Assembly: GCA_002633005.1 (NCBI GenBank)
Contig: NMRA01000373.1
Span: 300,275-364,274, forward strand
Direction of reading: 5' to 3'
Length of the DNA: 64,000 nucleotides
From: Phoronis australis
Lineage: Eukaryota; Animalia; Phoronida
Positions 50,828 through 63,777 of the stretch are shown piece by piece; position 1 is the first letter of the stretch, and every line of letters begins with the position of its first letter. The translations under genes and the position numbers were made by a program. Under the pieces are notes generated by a model. It worked only from the letters and a program-made list of their open reading frames with translations. It was not told where the DNA came from and ran no database searches.

Positions 50828-53027
50828 GGGGAGAGGCTCCTATACGGTACCTCATGTCCTCGGAACAGCCACTGTATTATCTTAATCATGACGGTGACAT
50901 CCCGTTGCTCGTCCGATTCTATAGCCCAACAAGCAGTTGGCCTAAGTTTACCCCCATGATAGCCGGCATTCTGGAATTTATGGTTCAGTGGAGCCGGAGC
51001 CTGTGCTCTAATCTCCGATCAGATCGAATCTAGACTGATTGGGCTGGGCTGATAAAAATTAAAATTAAGTTATAACATATTTGAGCTTAAGCCAATAGAA
51101 TTTCTGAATTTCTCGTCAAATGCTTGTTCCGTTTTTGAATTACCAAAATCGCCCAACAACTTATGAGAAGCTACTATAAGACAATCCATTCTGTCCAAAC
51201 GGACGCACTTTGTGCTCATACGCGTTCGGTAATAGCGTGCAACCACCATACGTTTCCTTTGAAGCCTGAGAGATAATTGGCTGCTTGTTCTAGTATCATA
51301 CGGGACAAAAGACTGAGCTGAGCAGTTAACAAAAGAGCCAGATGTTACCGCACGTTCAGCACCTCTCACGCCTGGAAAAGTCACTGAACGACAGAACGCT
51401 GTAACTATTGAATGCTCAACAACTTTTATTTTAACTTAAAGGTATTATTGTTTTCTTTCACCAAACACGTTTCGAACTTAAAATATTAAATAGTCAATTA
51501 GTTAAAGACGTTTCTTTTTTCTGCAAAAGGTATACGATATAGGAGATTGGGTTCTCACTGAATTCGAAACACCATGATATTGTCCCTAAATCGTACGCCT
51601 TGGTACGATATAGGAGACATCGCAAATAAGACTTATTAGCACAATCTTGCTTTTTGAAATTGATGAACTTTTGAGGTTTTAAATGTTAATTAAACGTTTT
51701 AATAAAAAGTTGTCGTATACATTTATGTACGCACTGCGTAGGTTGTGGAACTAGTCGAAAAGACGGGAACTTATTTAAAATAAATGACCTTAGTAAAAAC
51801 AACAAAACGCTTATCTATCAGATCAATAACAACGACAAACTCGAAAGAGCATACAGTCACTCCGAATCGCAGTTCTGGCAGATGTACATTTTTCATGAGC
51901 TGCGCAGGCCTCATGCTACTAATTCCCACAGGAGATACACTGAACCCACCATTCCCGATTTTTCAGTGGTGTTGGAAAACGGCTCCCCACAAACAAGACA
52001 TGGCAATTCGTCTTCATCTTCCTCGTCTTCATCTTCCTCGTCATCATCGATACGTTTTCTCTTCCATGCTGAGCTTTTTTTCTGACTCTTTCTTTTCTTT
52101 GTGCGAGCGACCTTCTCCAGTGTCTTCTTGTAAGGTGAGCTGGTTAGCACCTCTGTCGAGCATCTTCGCTTCGCGGCCTTTCGTGTCAGATGAACTTCTT
52201 TTGGAATAGGTACGTGTGTTTCACTGATGCTTAGCGGCACCATGCTTTGGCATAATGTCCTGAGTTCAGTTGTTCACAGAGGTGTAATTCACAGATATAG
52301 AGGACGTGTACCACTGCCATATGTTATTGGTTTGTTACTTTGGCCAATAAAAAAAGAATAGGTCGGCAGAGTACCTCTGATGAAGCCTTAATTTCCATTC
52401 CCCCCAACCATGGCATCAGGGGCTGACATGTAGAAACAAGATTCGGTCAGAGTATGATATGAAGTTGTGTCTTGACGGCATGTCTGCGTTTAAAGCTTCT
52501 TGGTCTAACTCTGTCAGTGCGGCGGGATTTTCACACATATGGGTAAGGATTTGGCTTCGGAGGGGGTCTGCCTTTGTTGTCTCGAGGAGGGCAGTCAATG
52601 GGTCCACTGGTTGTCCGGTTACAGGGTTCCTCTCTGCAGACTGCAAAGTGACATCCATTCCAATGACAAGACTCCGGAAAAAGCACCTTCCGTCTCCTAG
52701 AGTTGGTATAATTCTTCTGTTGGGTGTTGAAGTCTCGGTCTCAAAAGTATCAGCTACTGCATTGGAGGGGACTTCTGGTATATGTGGAACTTCAACATTG
52801 ATGGGATCTGTATCAGCCTCTTCATTGTTGGGGACTTCTAGTTCCTGTGGGGTTTCAACGCCTCATTCATGATTGGTTGGTACCTCCGGTTCCTGTTGAA
52901 CGTCAGCGTTGACGGGATATGTAACGGCCACTGACGCCGAACCTCTAGTAGCGTTGCCTGTCCCTGGCCTCGCTTGAGAGTGCTTCAAGCCTCAGATAGA
53001 TATATCTGAGTTCAAGCACATCGAATT
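50828..53027 (-). mobile_element. Pogo-like DNA transposon 3' remnant encoding OTU domain + SPYK/acidic region + PHD-like finger
   Basis: ta|ggggagaggctcctatacggtacc terminus with subterminal ggtacgatataggaga repeats (51530, 51602). Minus strand reads IPTLGDGRCFFRS...ADPLR...GGMEIKA...SGHY, then VLTSSPYKKTLE...CLVCGEPFS. Confidence 0.65.
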
Positions 53028-53218
53028 CAGCGGCGGGTCTAGGATATCAAAAGGGGGGCAACATTTTGTCTGTAGACATTTGCGCAAAGCACGATTGTAG
53101 ATGCTCATAAGCCCCGAACGGGGGGGGGGTCGTAAAACTGTATACCGGTGGGGGTGCATGCAGAATCTGGGAGGAGGGAGATGGAGAGGGGGAGAGGGGG
53201 AGACGGGAAGAAGGGGGG

Positions 53219-53678
53219 AGAGAGTGTTTGTGTAAATACAAAATCTTTATCGAACTGATTGTTAAAGACCAAATAATTATTATGTGAGAGAGTGTTGTGT
53301 AAATACAAAATCTTTATCGAACTGATTCTTAAAGACCAAATAATTATTATGTGAGAGTTTTTGTGTAAATACAAAATCTTTATCGAACTGATTCTTAAAG
53401 ACCAAATAGTTATTATGTGAGAGAGTGTTTGTGTTAATACAAAATCTTTATCGAAGTGGTTCTTAAAGACCAAATAATTATTATGTGAGAGAGTGTTTGT
53501 GTTAATACAAAATCTTTATCGAACTGATTCTTAAAGACCAAATAGTTATTATGTGAGAGAGTGTTTGTGTTAATACAAAATCTTTATCGAAGTGGTTCTT
53601 AAAGACCAAATAATGATTATGTGAGAGAGTGTTTGTGTTAATACAAAATCTTTATCGAACTGGTTCTTAAAGACCAGA
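53219..53678. repeat. ~68-bp minisatellite, ~7 units
   Basis: gagagtgtttgtgttaatacaaaatctttatcgaactgattcttaaagaccaaataattattatgtga repeated. Confidence 0.95.
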
Positions 53679-54484
53679 TATTAAGTGAATGGTTAAGAAA
53701 AGTTGCACAAAAAGACTGATAAGAAAAAACAATCATGTCATACACGTATATTACAGCCGTTTTGTATCAGGCTCTGTAATAACTGTACGGTTATCAATTA
53801 AATAAATATATTATTTGGATTATGACACAGTGATTCCTAGAGCAAGTGATCCTCACTGCTACGATCAATTGCTCTGCTACAAATTACAGAAAATAACCCT
53901 TCAAAACACGTTGGCATGAGCAACTGTACATTTTTTTTTTGTAAAATGACACACAAAAATTTTGAGCATTTTCATTCAGTAAATGAAATACTGTTTTTCA
54001 CGGATTATAATCAGATGATATAAATCTGGTGAACCACGAAAAGACGAAGAGACTTCATAAAAGACTTACTATCAATCATATTACAACCACCGTTAGTATT
54101 GGAAGTCCGGAATCATATTAGTTTTATTTTAAATCAAAATGTTATCCTCCTTGTCATGCAAATTAAAATTTGGCACAAGTTAAAACTTGAAACATCTACG
54201 CTCCAGGTAACTTCAAGAGGAGATGATGGTAACGGTATAAACATATGCACCAGAAAATTAACTCTCTCTAGGCATGTTACACGTCTCTTAGATCACTTCT
54301 GTACATCCATAAAACCTCTTTAAATTCTTCGTTGCGATAAATATTAACAAATCCCGTAATATTAGTGCTGAATTTTACTCGTAAAATCTTGAAGTGACTT
54401 TTTGCCTATGAAAAATTAATTTCGGAACATTGCATCGTTTCCTATTCCGGTCTAATCCAACAATCCAAATACAATGAATTTTTT

Positions 54485-55820
54485 ATACATTAGGCTTCAG
54501 TCCTGAATATTTAAGGAATGTATCAAAGAGTTAGGTTAGAACCATCTAAAGAGGCCTGTACCATCTGGTTACTCAAGAAGATTCGAATCAAAATTTTTAG
54601 GAAGTTTAATTCTGTTCATATTTCTATTTTGTCTGAACACACAATACATACCCAAAACGTACCGAGAGTGGCGTACATGAATTAATATCCCAAGTGACAT
54701 TACTACACGTATCGACCGAGACCGAGTGGGATATTACTTCCCGTACGCCAATCGAGGTACGTTTTGTATTTATCCCATACGCTTTGAATTCCTAAGTTTC
54801 TCTCATTTTTACGCAGATTTTTTTAAATACTTCTCTCAGACTGTTCACTTGGCGGATCACATCCTATATTTATGTACTTGCGCGTTAGGCAACAAGTTTT
54901 CACTAGTAAAAGAAACAGTTTTAAATGTGACGATTTATTACTTGAAAAGAGATAACAAAGATGAAAACAAGGGTAACTTTTCATTGAACTTGTAATATCT
55001 CATGAAAATAGCCAAATAACAACAATATTTGATATTGTAGTTACCGAGGAATCGGCGCCTAACTTGCAGACAATAAAATATATAACAAATGAAAACTGAG
55101 ACAGAACTATCATGTAATGAACAGTCCTGTTCCAGATGTTACGACTGAGACCTGATTTTATGTTCAGTGTCATTTACACTGCTATATAATTGTATTAGTT
55201 TAAAGTATTTTCCGAAAGTTTGGTAATCGAAGCGGCTAATGACGTCGAGTCGACACTGACATACCTTCTGAACTTTTCATGTCAGAGGTCACTGTTGAAG
55301 TAGTGCGGGGGTGAATACAGAAAATTTTATTACATGGCCGTATTTCCCTTGACACATTCAACGCGTATGGGATAAATATCGTTTCAACACAATGTAAATA
55401 ATAATGGTGACGCTGGATCTAAGTCGCCTTGTCGATAACCGCAACAGATGTTGAAATACTGTGACGTAAAGCCATGTTGTGTCAAGGTTAGCGTAGATGT
55501 TTTAACAAGCGAATATCCTGAGTCAATGAAAGTTTCCTTAAAATTAAAAAACGACATGGTATTATAGAAACGGAATCGTTGGGAAAACTTTTTCAAAATC
55601 TGTTTGATATTAAACAATTAGACCAGGGATGCCATTTAATTCGGTAAATTGTAGCACATGATAAATAATTGTAATACTTTCAACCATAAATTTTCATTTA
55701 ATAAAGCCTAATTGATTCTCATGAATAATCTCACTGACAACCCGTTTGATACATTGCGCTGTACACACGGACAGCATTTTCAGTGTAGGTGGTAGCCTAT
55801 TAAGACGTGCTCTGGTCGCC
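54485..55820 (-). mobile_element. L1/Tx1 RT fragment (copy B), interrupted by an insertion at ~54645-55378
   Basis: Paralog of 14160-15015 (GYRQGDLDPASPLLF). The inserted piece has 23-bp inverted repeats tatttatcccatacgc(t/g)ttgaat. Confidence 0.7.
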
Positions 55821-56858
55821 AATTTTTAATTTTCTTGTATTTTTTCGATTTATTGATAATAGGAATTAGCACTTGAAGTTGACTTAGGAGCATGGAACTG
55901 AAATATTACTGACCTCGACGACCGGTCAGTCTTCCTGATCAGTAAGTCATTCTTTCTATCGGTGAACTTGCCCATCAAAGAAAACCTTGGCCAGTTCCTC
56001 TGTCGCAATCTAATCATTACCTTTTTATGCTGCACTTTTTCGTACAAAGCTCTCTCTTTCGTATTTTCTTAGTCAACTCATTGCTAATGGCGGTCTCCAA
56101 TTTCGTGAGTGAAAACGCCAACTACGAAGCTGTGATGTGAGAGGTGAACAAACGGTTTACTAATTGCTGTCGCCAAGGCAGTATGACGTTGCCTTAATTG
56201 GAAGACCTACAGTATGATTGGGAAGAAATCTGACGTTTTTTTAACACAATAACATGATTTCATTATAGCTGAAACTGCTAGGCGTTCTCTGAAACTGAGT
56301 ATTGGACCATCGTTCAGCAGTGCGGTCTAAAAGTCTTGTAATGTGTAATCAAATGAAGGCAGTTGAGATTACGGAAATCAACAAAGAAGTGCAGCACAAT
56401 TGTACTACACTCCTTAATTCTACTCGGTGGTGTTGTCATCAAAGTCGGTTAATTGTCTCTTACGTTTGCCAACTTAGATGTGATAACTATGTTTCCCTTC
56501 GGAGGTGTGGCTACAATCAAAATAGTCTGACGACGACTGCATTGACAGGTCATTGGTCATCGATAAACTTGAAAGATTATGACGTCCCTTGAAAGAACCA
56601 ATTGATAACGATATTTTGCTACGTTTCCCATACCTTTGCCCCGTGAGAAAAATGGAAAACAATCCCATAGCCCCTTAGGGTTTTTGCGTTGAAGGGAGCT
56701 CTTTCGGAAGTCACCATTAGCGATCAAAGTATTAATATTTAACTAAAACGTATGCGTGGTTCCAACATTAAAACACGTTTTAAACTACTTGTCAGTGTAA
56801 TGGAAAGCAGGGATCCATAAAGAGTCTATCGATGAGGAATGTTATGGAACTCAACGCA

Positions 56859-57168
56859 ATGTTTTCGGGCTTTTTGCTTCTAACTTTGTGTAATTGTGTT
56901 CGTTCAATTACCATGGATTTTCGCAAGCCAAAATTTATGTCGCCTGATGCGCGAATAACAAACTTGACTGTAAACTCTTTTTGTCTGAGCTCATATATTC
57001 ACTGTACTCAGCTGTGTGTTAGAACGTTTTCTAAGAACTGTAGTTTCGTAAATTACCACAAGCAGTCTGGAAGATGTGAAGTTAGTGACGCCATCATCCA
57101 CCCGCACTCATATCCGGTCACTCAAGAAGACGGATGGTCGCACTGGGTGAACACTGAGATTACCTCTG
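56859..57168 (+). CDS. Secreted PAN/Apple-domain protein, copy B, exon 1
   Basis: MFSGFLLLTLCNCVRS + PAN cysteines; donor G|gtgagt; 310 nt as in copy A (extra in-frame ATGs upstream from 56832). Confidence 0.82.
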
Positions 57169-59819
57169 GTGAGTTTGGCAATGTTTGGTGTAGGTTGAGA
57201 TCACACTACACAGCTTGTTCTTACCCGAGAGTGGCAATTTGTGCGACAGAACACCCGAGTAGTTTCAATCGCCAAGGCAGTATGGCCGTCAAGGGAGTTT
57301 TAGGTGATTTCATTGTATATAACCAAGTTTACTATTTCAAACAAAAGATAAGAAAACGATGACGTTGTATTTCAAAAGCAAATACGTCTGTGAAGAAAAT
57401 AATACGTTTTTGCACCCAGAACAGAACATCATTTATGACGGCTTTAAGAATGGACTTTTGCAAACTTACAGCGGGTCGCGGAACACATACACAGAGCACA
57501 AGCTCTTATACCACTCCCACGCACAGAAACACCACTAAACTCGTACACAGGCCGGCTTAACAGGCTCAAGTTTTGATTGCACGTGGTAAATGTGCCTACA
57601 TTATATATGCTTTGTGAAGAATGACTAGGTAGCCCTCCGTGACCATCAACGTGATGTGTCTGGGTGGAAGTAATAACGACTTGCCATTTCTTCTAATCCC
57701 TAAAGATAATTTCTTACCTAAATAAGAAACAAGATGAAACTGATTCCATGACAGTAAGAGGGTTTGATCAAATATTTGTTTTTAGAAAGGGCACTGGTTT
57801 ACTACCCTCTAGAATGTAGAACTCATGGCATACTAATTTTTCTCTAAACGAGACGTGACACAGTTTACGAAGGAGTGTTTTCATTCTAATCGCTAGCACA
57901 CAACACGCAATTCATTACCAGCTGGTCAAAAAACTGTATGCGCATTTGTTTTTGCTAAATTTTACTCGACGTGCCGGAGCCCTACTCAAATACTCGTACG
58001 AAAATTATCTCATAGCAAAAGCAAAATAGGTTCAATTTTCATTTTTGAGAAGGAAAACAACCGAGACAGTGTGTCCACTGGACAACGCTAGCAATTAGCG
58101 ATGGAATCGATTGGACGATTTCAGGCTAACTCACACACCGCTAATCAGGCGTCCTACGCTTGTGCCATTTATCAAGAATGTTAAATTTTGTCAAATACAT
58201 ACATTTTGTGCAAATTGGATTTTTATGCGCCCACATACTTATATGTTGGCTCTTTATGCTGTCACCTCTGTCTCAGTGTTCGGCGCCCGCTGCTACATTA
58301 TATCTCCAAAACCACTTAACGCACGTTCATGAAATTTTGCACACTTTGGCATATGTTTCTTTTATAGATGTGACGGTATGAGCAAATTTTCGGACGAATC
58401 CGATTCCCGGTGTGTCCCCTAGTGGTAATTTTATTTGTTAACTTTTGCCTCTGTATCTTTGGAGTTCCTCAACGGATTTTGATGAAATTTGACAAATATG
58501 TACATATTAGGAGGATGACTTCACCATATATTGCGCCACCTAGTAGCCATTTTTATTGTTTTCGATTCTGTTTGATCAAAGACGGTCTCTGGCTTAACGC
58601 CGTTCGCCCATCTATAGGCCAAACCACTGTAAGGTGAAAATTAAAATATATGTTCCTACTGACAAGAGAATGATTGACGATTACTTTCGGACTGCTCGAA
58701 CAACAGTGGCTCCCAGTAGCAGATTTTTGCGTCCGCAATTGTATTTCCTAAACCCTCATCAGGATCTAAGCTAAATTTGGCAAGTGTACATGTATCAGTG
58801 AAGGTGACAACAGGCGACTATGACTTTCCAACTGATCCAGCTACTGCTGTGCCCCTAGTGACAATTTTCTTTTTCCCGTTCTTCTCTGTACGCCTGTATC
58901 TTTGAAGTTCCTAGAAGGACTTTAATAAGATTTGGCACACCCCCTAGAAGGTATTTTAAGTGTAGCAGCATTGTTCCATTTAGTGGAAATGCTTGAAATA
59001 GCAATCACCTCTTTTATCTGGGCTGTATGCGATGCACACAATGGGCGCATACAAACGCTCTGCGTTCCTCTTGTTACAGATTTTACAGCTCTGTATTTCA
59101 ACGAAGCCCAAATTCACGACCAGTAAACAAATAAAGTAATGCTTGGCGCCACGAATATTTGTGTGCAAGCTTAAGATATGAGCAGCACTACGTCACTTAC
59201 AATGCTTTGGACATCGCTTACTGAAAGGGCCGCGCACCGTTGACCCTACACTGGCGATACCCTAATTTTCCAAATCGGTTTGCATCACCTGAAGTCTGTG
59301 CTTTCATATGCGTAGAAACATGTATACGTTTGTAATATTGGTGCCTTCAAAAATGCTTTGAGCCATGGGGGGAGCACAATAGGGGGCTGGGGCTATAGCC
59401 CCCACTTTTTCACTGATGCGCGACCCAAGGTCTATAGGCGGTGCAACACAAGGTGTCTGGGGGACTATAGCCCCACTTTTTTCAGTGCTGCGCCACCCAT
59501 GTGAGCCGGCACGGGGCATCAAACAGCGCGGATTAGGTAGCATATGCAACTTCTGGTACGTTGTTAATCCGGCAGTGTTTTTGCTAAAAGGACATAGTCA
59601 TGGGACCCAATTAGTAACAGAGTTGTAAAAAGTAAAAATCAAATTCAACTCTCTTTTTAGTTTAAAAAATATATACTTTTAGTAAGAAAAAAATATATTT
59701 TGCTAAATACACAGACCATGTCTACAAGTTCCTACATGTACACTGTACGTGTACATGTACATAGAAATTTATCGAGTGGGATTTAACTCCGCCAGCATAG
59801 CGTTAAACTGCGAAACCAG

Positions 59820-60224
59820 GGCCCGGTCTCTAATCTTTGTACTCGAAACGAACTCGAAACTATTTTTGGCAATTTCTCTGCTCCTTTTGTCAGTGCGAAC
59901 TTAAGATAATTGGTTATCAGACTGTGCTCGAATGCATTATAGTTTATGCATAGGAGTTTCTAGTTCAAGTTTGCCGTTGAAGACCCTTATAATCGTGCTA
60001 CAAACTCGAGTAAAAACTCGAAATTTCGAGTTCAAAGTCGAACTTATTGCTTTAATATTGGGTTTACAAACTGTGAACTAAGGGCAATAAATTATCTACG
60101 TAAGTTATTGTGTACTCGAGCATAGAATAATAGACACTTATCTTGAGTTCGCCCAAAAGTAGAGTAGAAAATGCCAAACCTAATTTCGAGTTCCATTTCG
60201 AGTAAAAAGATTGGAGACCCGGCC
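59820..60224. mobile_element. PIF/Harbinger-like MITE, ~130-bp imperfect TIRs, CAG TSD
   Basis: cag|ggcccggtctc...gagacccggcc|cag; related TIR fragment at ~38990-39095. Confidence 0.7.
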
Positions 60225-63046
60225 CAGGGGTAGTTTCTTTCCAAGCTGAGACTAAGCTCAGGATCACTTTTCTCGCAAATAATGTCCCTTGAAGTTGTAA
60301 AGATCAGAACCTCTAGCCCCTGTTTGCAGCAATAATTTATTTGTTCCTGCACGTCTCGTCTGCAGTCCCTTTAACGTGCAGCATTAACTGGGCTAAACGC
60401 CGTGTAAAATACTCGACACAACTTTTGAAAGGAAAAATGGAATGTTAATTCTTGAAAATGACTAATCTCTTAATTATCTCACATTACCTTGTGGGCTGTA
60501 ATTCCAATCTCAATATAAATGACAAACCAAAAGAATGCCATTTAATTCCAAGAGCGGTCAATATGTGGCATGATCTTCTCAATTTTGACAAATACCATTT
60601 TGACAATATTACGCGAGTATCGTGACGCCCTGACCATTTTTTAACTGTAAATTAAATAGAAATGAAAAGGACCCGAACTATAGAGAAATTATTTTGAATT
60701 CGCTTCGGTACCAGGCGGGGAAAAGCTGGGCAGCGTTATGTAGAAGCGAGAATTTCGCGAAAACGCAAGATTTCACGAGATATTGCCATATATTGAAAGC
60801 AAAGTTCGACCACACTCGGCTTAAAGGGTCCGTCATACCTTCGGAGAAAACACCGACGAATTATCGCACGAATTGCCCGACGAATGATTTGGCCGAACAA
60901 TGCGTGGGAGTGTGCCTGATAGGTGGCGCTTCAGCGCTGCACATTTACTAGTACGAACACAAGCACTGTATTTCCATGCGGAAAGATTACAAATGTGTTG
61001 CCGTAAACCAACGGCTATCAACATGGCATTAAAAGTAAGAAATTTGTTGTGACGAGGGGGCCAAACTGTGTGCTTTTTGAGAGGGTCAGTCGTCGTTGCG
61101 TCATTTTACTTGACGTTCTATGACTAATCATGAGCGCGTAGACCAGAGCCGCTTAGACTCCAGAGGCTGAGTGGACTCTGAGAGAGGTTACAGTATCAAT
61201 CTATTGTATGGTTCAGTGTTCCCGGTGAGTGTCTCGCCGAGAGTTGTGATATATGGGTGGAGCGTCAGTGGTATGGCTCCGTGCTGACATTTTCACTGAA
61301 TTTTTTTTTTGTAAACTGTATGTCATCAGTTTATTACATGACGGCGACATCCCGTTGCTCCCAGCTTGTTCGATTCTATAGCCCAACAACGAGTTGGGAA
61401 GTTTACCCCCGTAGCCAATATCTTACACGACTGATTAACTCCAGTGTGGATATTTACGGTTGGAGGGCCTGTGCTCTTTTGTTCGATAATTGCTCTGACT
61501 AATCTCCGATCAGATCATATCTAGCCTGACTGGGCTGGGCTGATAAAAATGAAAGTTAAGTTATAACACATTTGAGCTTAAACTAATAGCATTTCTGAAT
61601 TCATCGTCAACTGCTGATCATGTTCCGTTTTTGAATCACCAAAATCGCCTAACTACAACAGAAGTTAAGACAATCTATTCTGTTCAAACAGACGCACTGG
61701 GTTTGACTGTGTTCATACGCGTTCGGTAATAGCGTGCAACCACCATACGTTTCCTTTGAAGCCTGGGAAATAATTGGCCTGCTTGTTATCATACGGGACA
61801 AAAGACTGCTGGGCAGTTAACAAAAGAGCCAGATGTTATCGCACGTTCAGCACCCCTCACGTCTGGAAAAGTTACTGAACGACAGAACGCTGTAGTGAAC
61901 AATGAACTTTCAAGTTCTCCGAAGACGCCTATAGGGAAAATCATAAGAAGCTGAAATGCGTATCCGTTATGACAATCGGTCGCATGACAATTTTCGACAA
62001 AACGAATTGCGAGTAACAACATTACGACAAATGGGGTTCTAAAGTCAAATTGATCGTATATTGTAAATGTGGAAAATCAGACAGTATTGTAATGAGAAAA
62101 CCCGTGTCAAAGTGACCTCTGGCTTAGGCGTCGTGTACCAATTTTTTCTGCCTTTTTGGTAGTTGAAATCAACCCGTCCCTCCTGCCAGGAGTTACATTT
62201 GGGATACGGTTTTCAAATTGTCGAGACGATTGACGCAGTCTGGTTTAATTCAACAACACTTGTTGTACCTTCACTGAAAGAAAATTAACAGAGCCGAGAT
62301 TGATGCAAGACATTCTGAGAGTGATGTGCACGTAAGTAGATAAAACTTTGAATTCGCGAGTCGCCAAGACATGGGCCTTATTTGTAACTTACGAGAGAAG
62401 ACTGAGAAAGCTCTGACTCTGAGGATCGTCCGTTAGATGGTATTCAATAGCACCAGGAAGAGATAGCGCTAAACTATAAATGTGTGCTTCTGTTCAGCTT
62501 TCCAAACGAAAATCAACTCAAAACTAGACCGCGCACTCAAAATAAAACTAGTCTTTGAATACTCCCTCACACAACAGCAGGTTTACTTCAGTGTTGCCAC
62601 AAAAAGATGCAGAGCATTTGTGAATTAAACTACTTAAAAATTAAACGTGTGCCAGCCCATCCCAAAAGTTGACGATTTCATTTCTACTAATACGCGAGAA
62701 CACCCAGGGACTCTTTTACCGCTTTGTGTGTTAATAAGTCGATATGTTGCTTGAACAACGAAGCTATAACTAATTCGTACGTCATTCATTGTTTTAAAAA
62801 CACACCTTTAGGTTCTTATATAATAAACCTGTCTTAAGTAAAAACAATTTTTGATTTTGTCTGCCTAACGCCATCTAAAGGTAGGATACGTTTCTTACCA
62901 AGGCAAAGGCACTGTTAAGACCATCTAGTAGCTCTGTTCAAGAATTTCGATGTTTAAGATGTAAGTACAAAGAATATAATGCCCCTTTCTGATATTTGAT
63001 TCGAGTTCAGTTATTGCCATAAAGACTGCAGGATTCTTTCTTCCAG

Positions 63047-63240
63047 AATGGAACCTCCTCTTAGACAATTGGGACCTGGTCTTTAAAGCCACCAGGAAAA
63101 ACGGCAACCCTGTTTACGATTTGTGGGCGAGCACGATTTCCACCCCATCCTCCGCGGACCTGTTACAGCTTCAGACAGGTTCGTCGACTAATTTCAAGAA
63201 TGTCAAAGTTGAAGACTGGGCAAATCTTCGAGTTCATAAG
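63047..63240 (+). CDS. PAN-domain protein copy B, exon 2
   Basis: EWNLLLDNWDLVFKATRKNGNPVYDLW...FKNVKVEDWANLRVHK, open, conserved splice context. Confidence 0.78.
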
Positions 63241-63403
63241 GCAGGTGTATTCCTAATTAGAGTTGGAATCGTCATATATGTAAAGTTTTTGTAAAACACC
63301 TGAGGTAATAAGCTAAAATTTCTACTCCGATGCCAATAATTGTTGACTAAACAAAACTGTGTCTGATAGCCTTGCTAGAACCGTTGAAATCAAGCTTTTA
63401 ACG

Positions 63404-63542
63404 AGTACCAACCTTAGTAACAAGTATCGACCTTAGCAACAATTACTGACCTTAGCAACAAGTACCGACCTTGGCAACAAGTACCGACCTTAGCAACAAG
63501 TACCGACCTTGGCAACAAGTACCGACTTTAGCAACAAGTACC
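63404..63542. repeat. 19-bp minisatellite x~7
   Basis: Same unit as 22412-22488, expanded. Confidence 0.9.
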
Positions 63543-63613
63543 ATCCCATTATTTCTCAGTGAATTCGCTTCTGTTTGCGTATTGACAAAGCTCAATAAAT
63601 GGATGTATTTCAG

Positions 63614-63777
63614 GTTAGATTCAGCTTCTTCGACAAAGGGGTGGAAGTATTCAAAATAGTTTTCGATGGCATAGGTTCCACCAAAATGAATTGGTTCGAC
63701 AGGCGCAGATTAGTAGAAGACCCTTTCACCGACCTAACTCCAACGACTGATTTGGAAGTGCTCAGCATTTCAGGCTC
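63614..63777 (+). CDS. PAN-domain protein copy B, exon 3
   Basis: VRFSFFDKGVEVFKIVFDGIGSTKMNWFDRRRLVEDPFTDL..LSISG; donor gtaagc. Confidence 0.78.

Noticed and set aside
51784-52872. Plus-strand ORFs 51784-52209 and 52459-52872
   Set aside because: Antisense to the OTU/PHD transposon coding remnant.
53219-53678. CRISPR-like periodicity
   Set aside because: Units are contiguous with no unique spacers; eukaryotic minisatellite.
58740-58770. Hammerhead-like CTGATGA...GAAA on the minus strand
   Set aside because: No stem II pairing; motif not conserved in the paralog (~21020).
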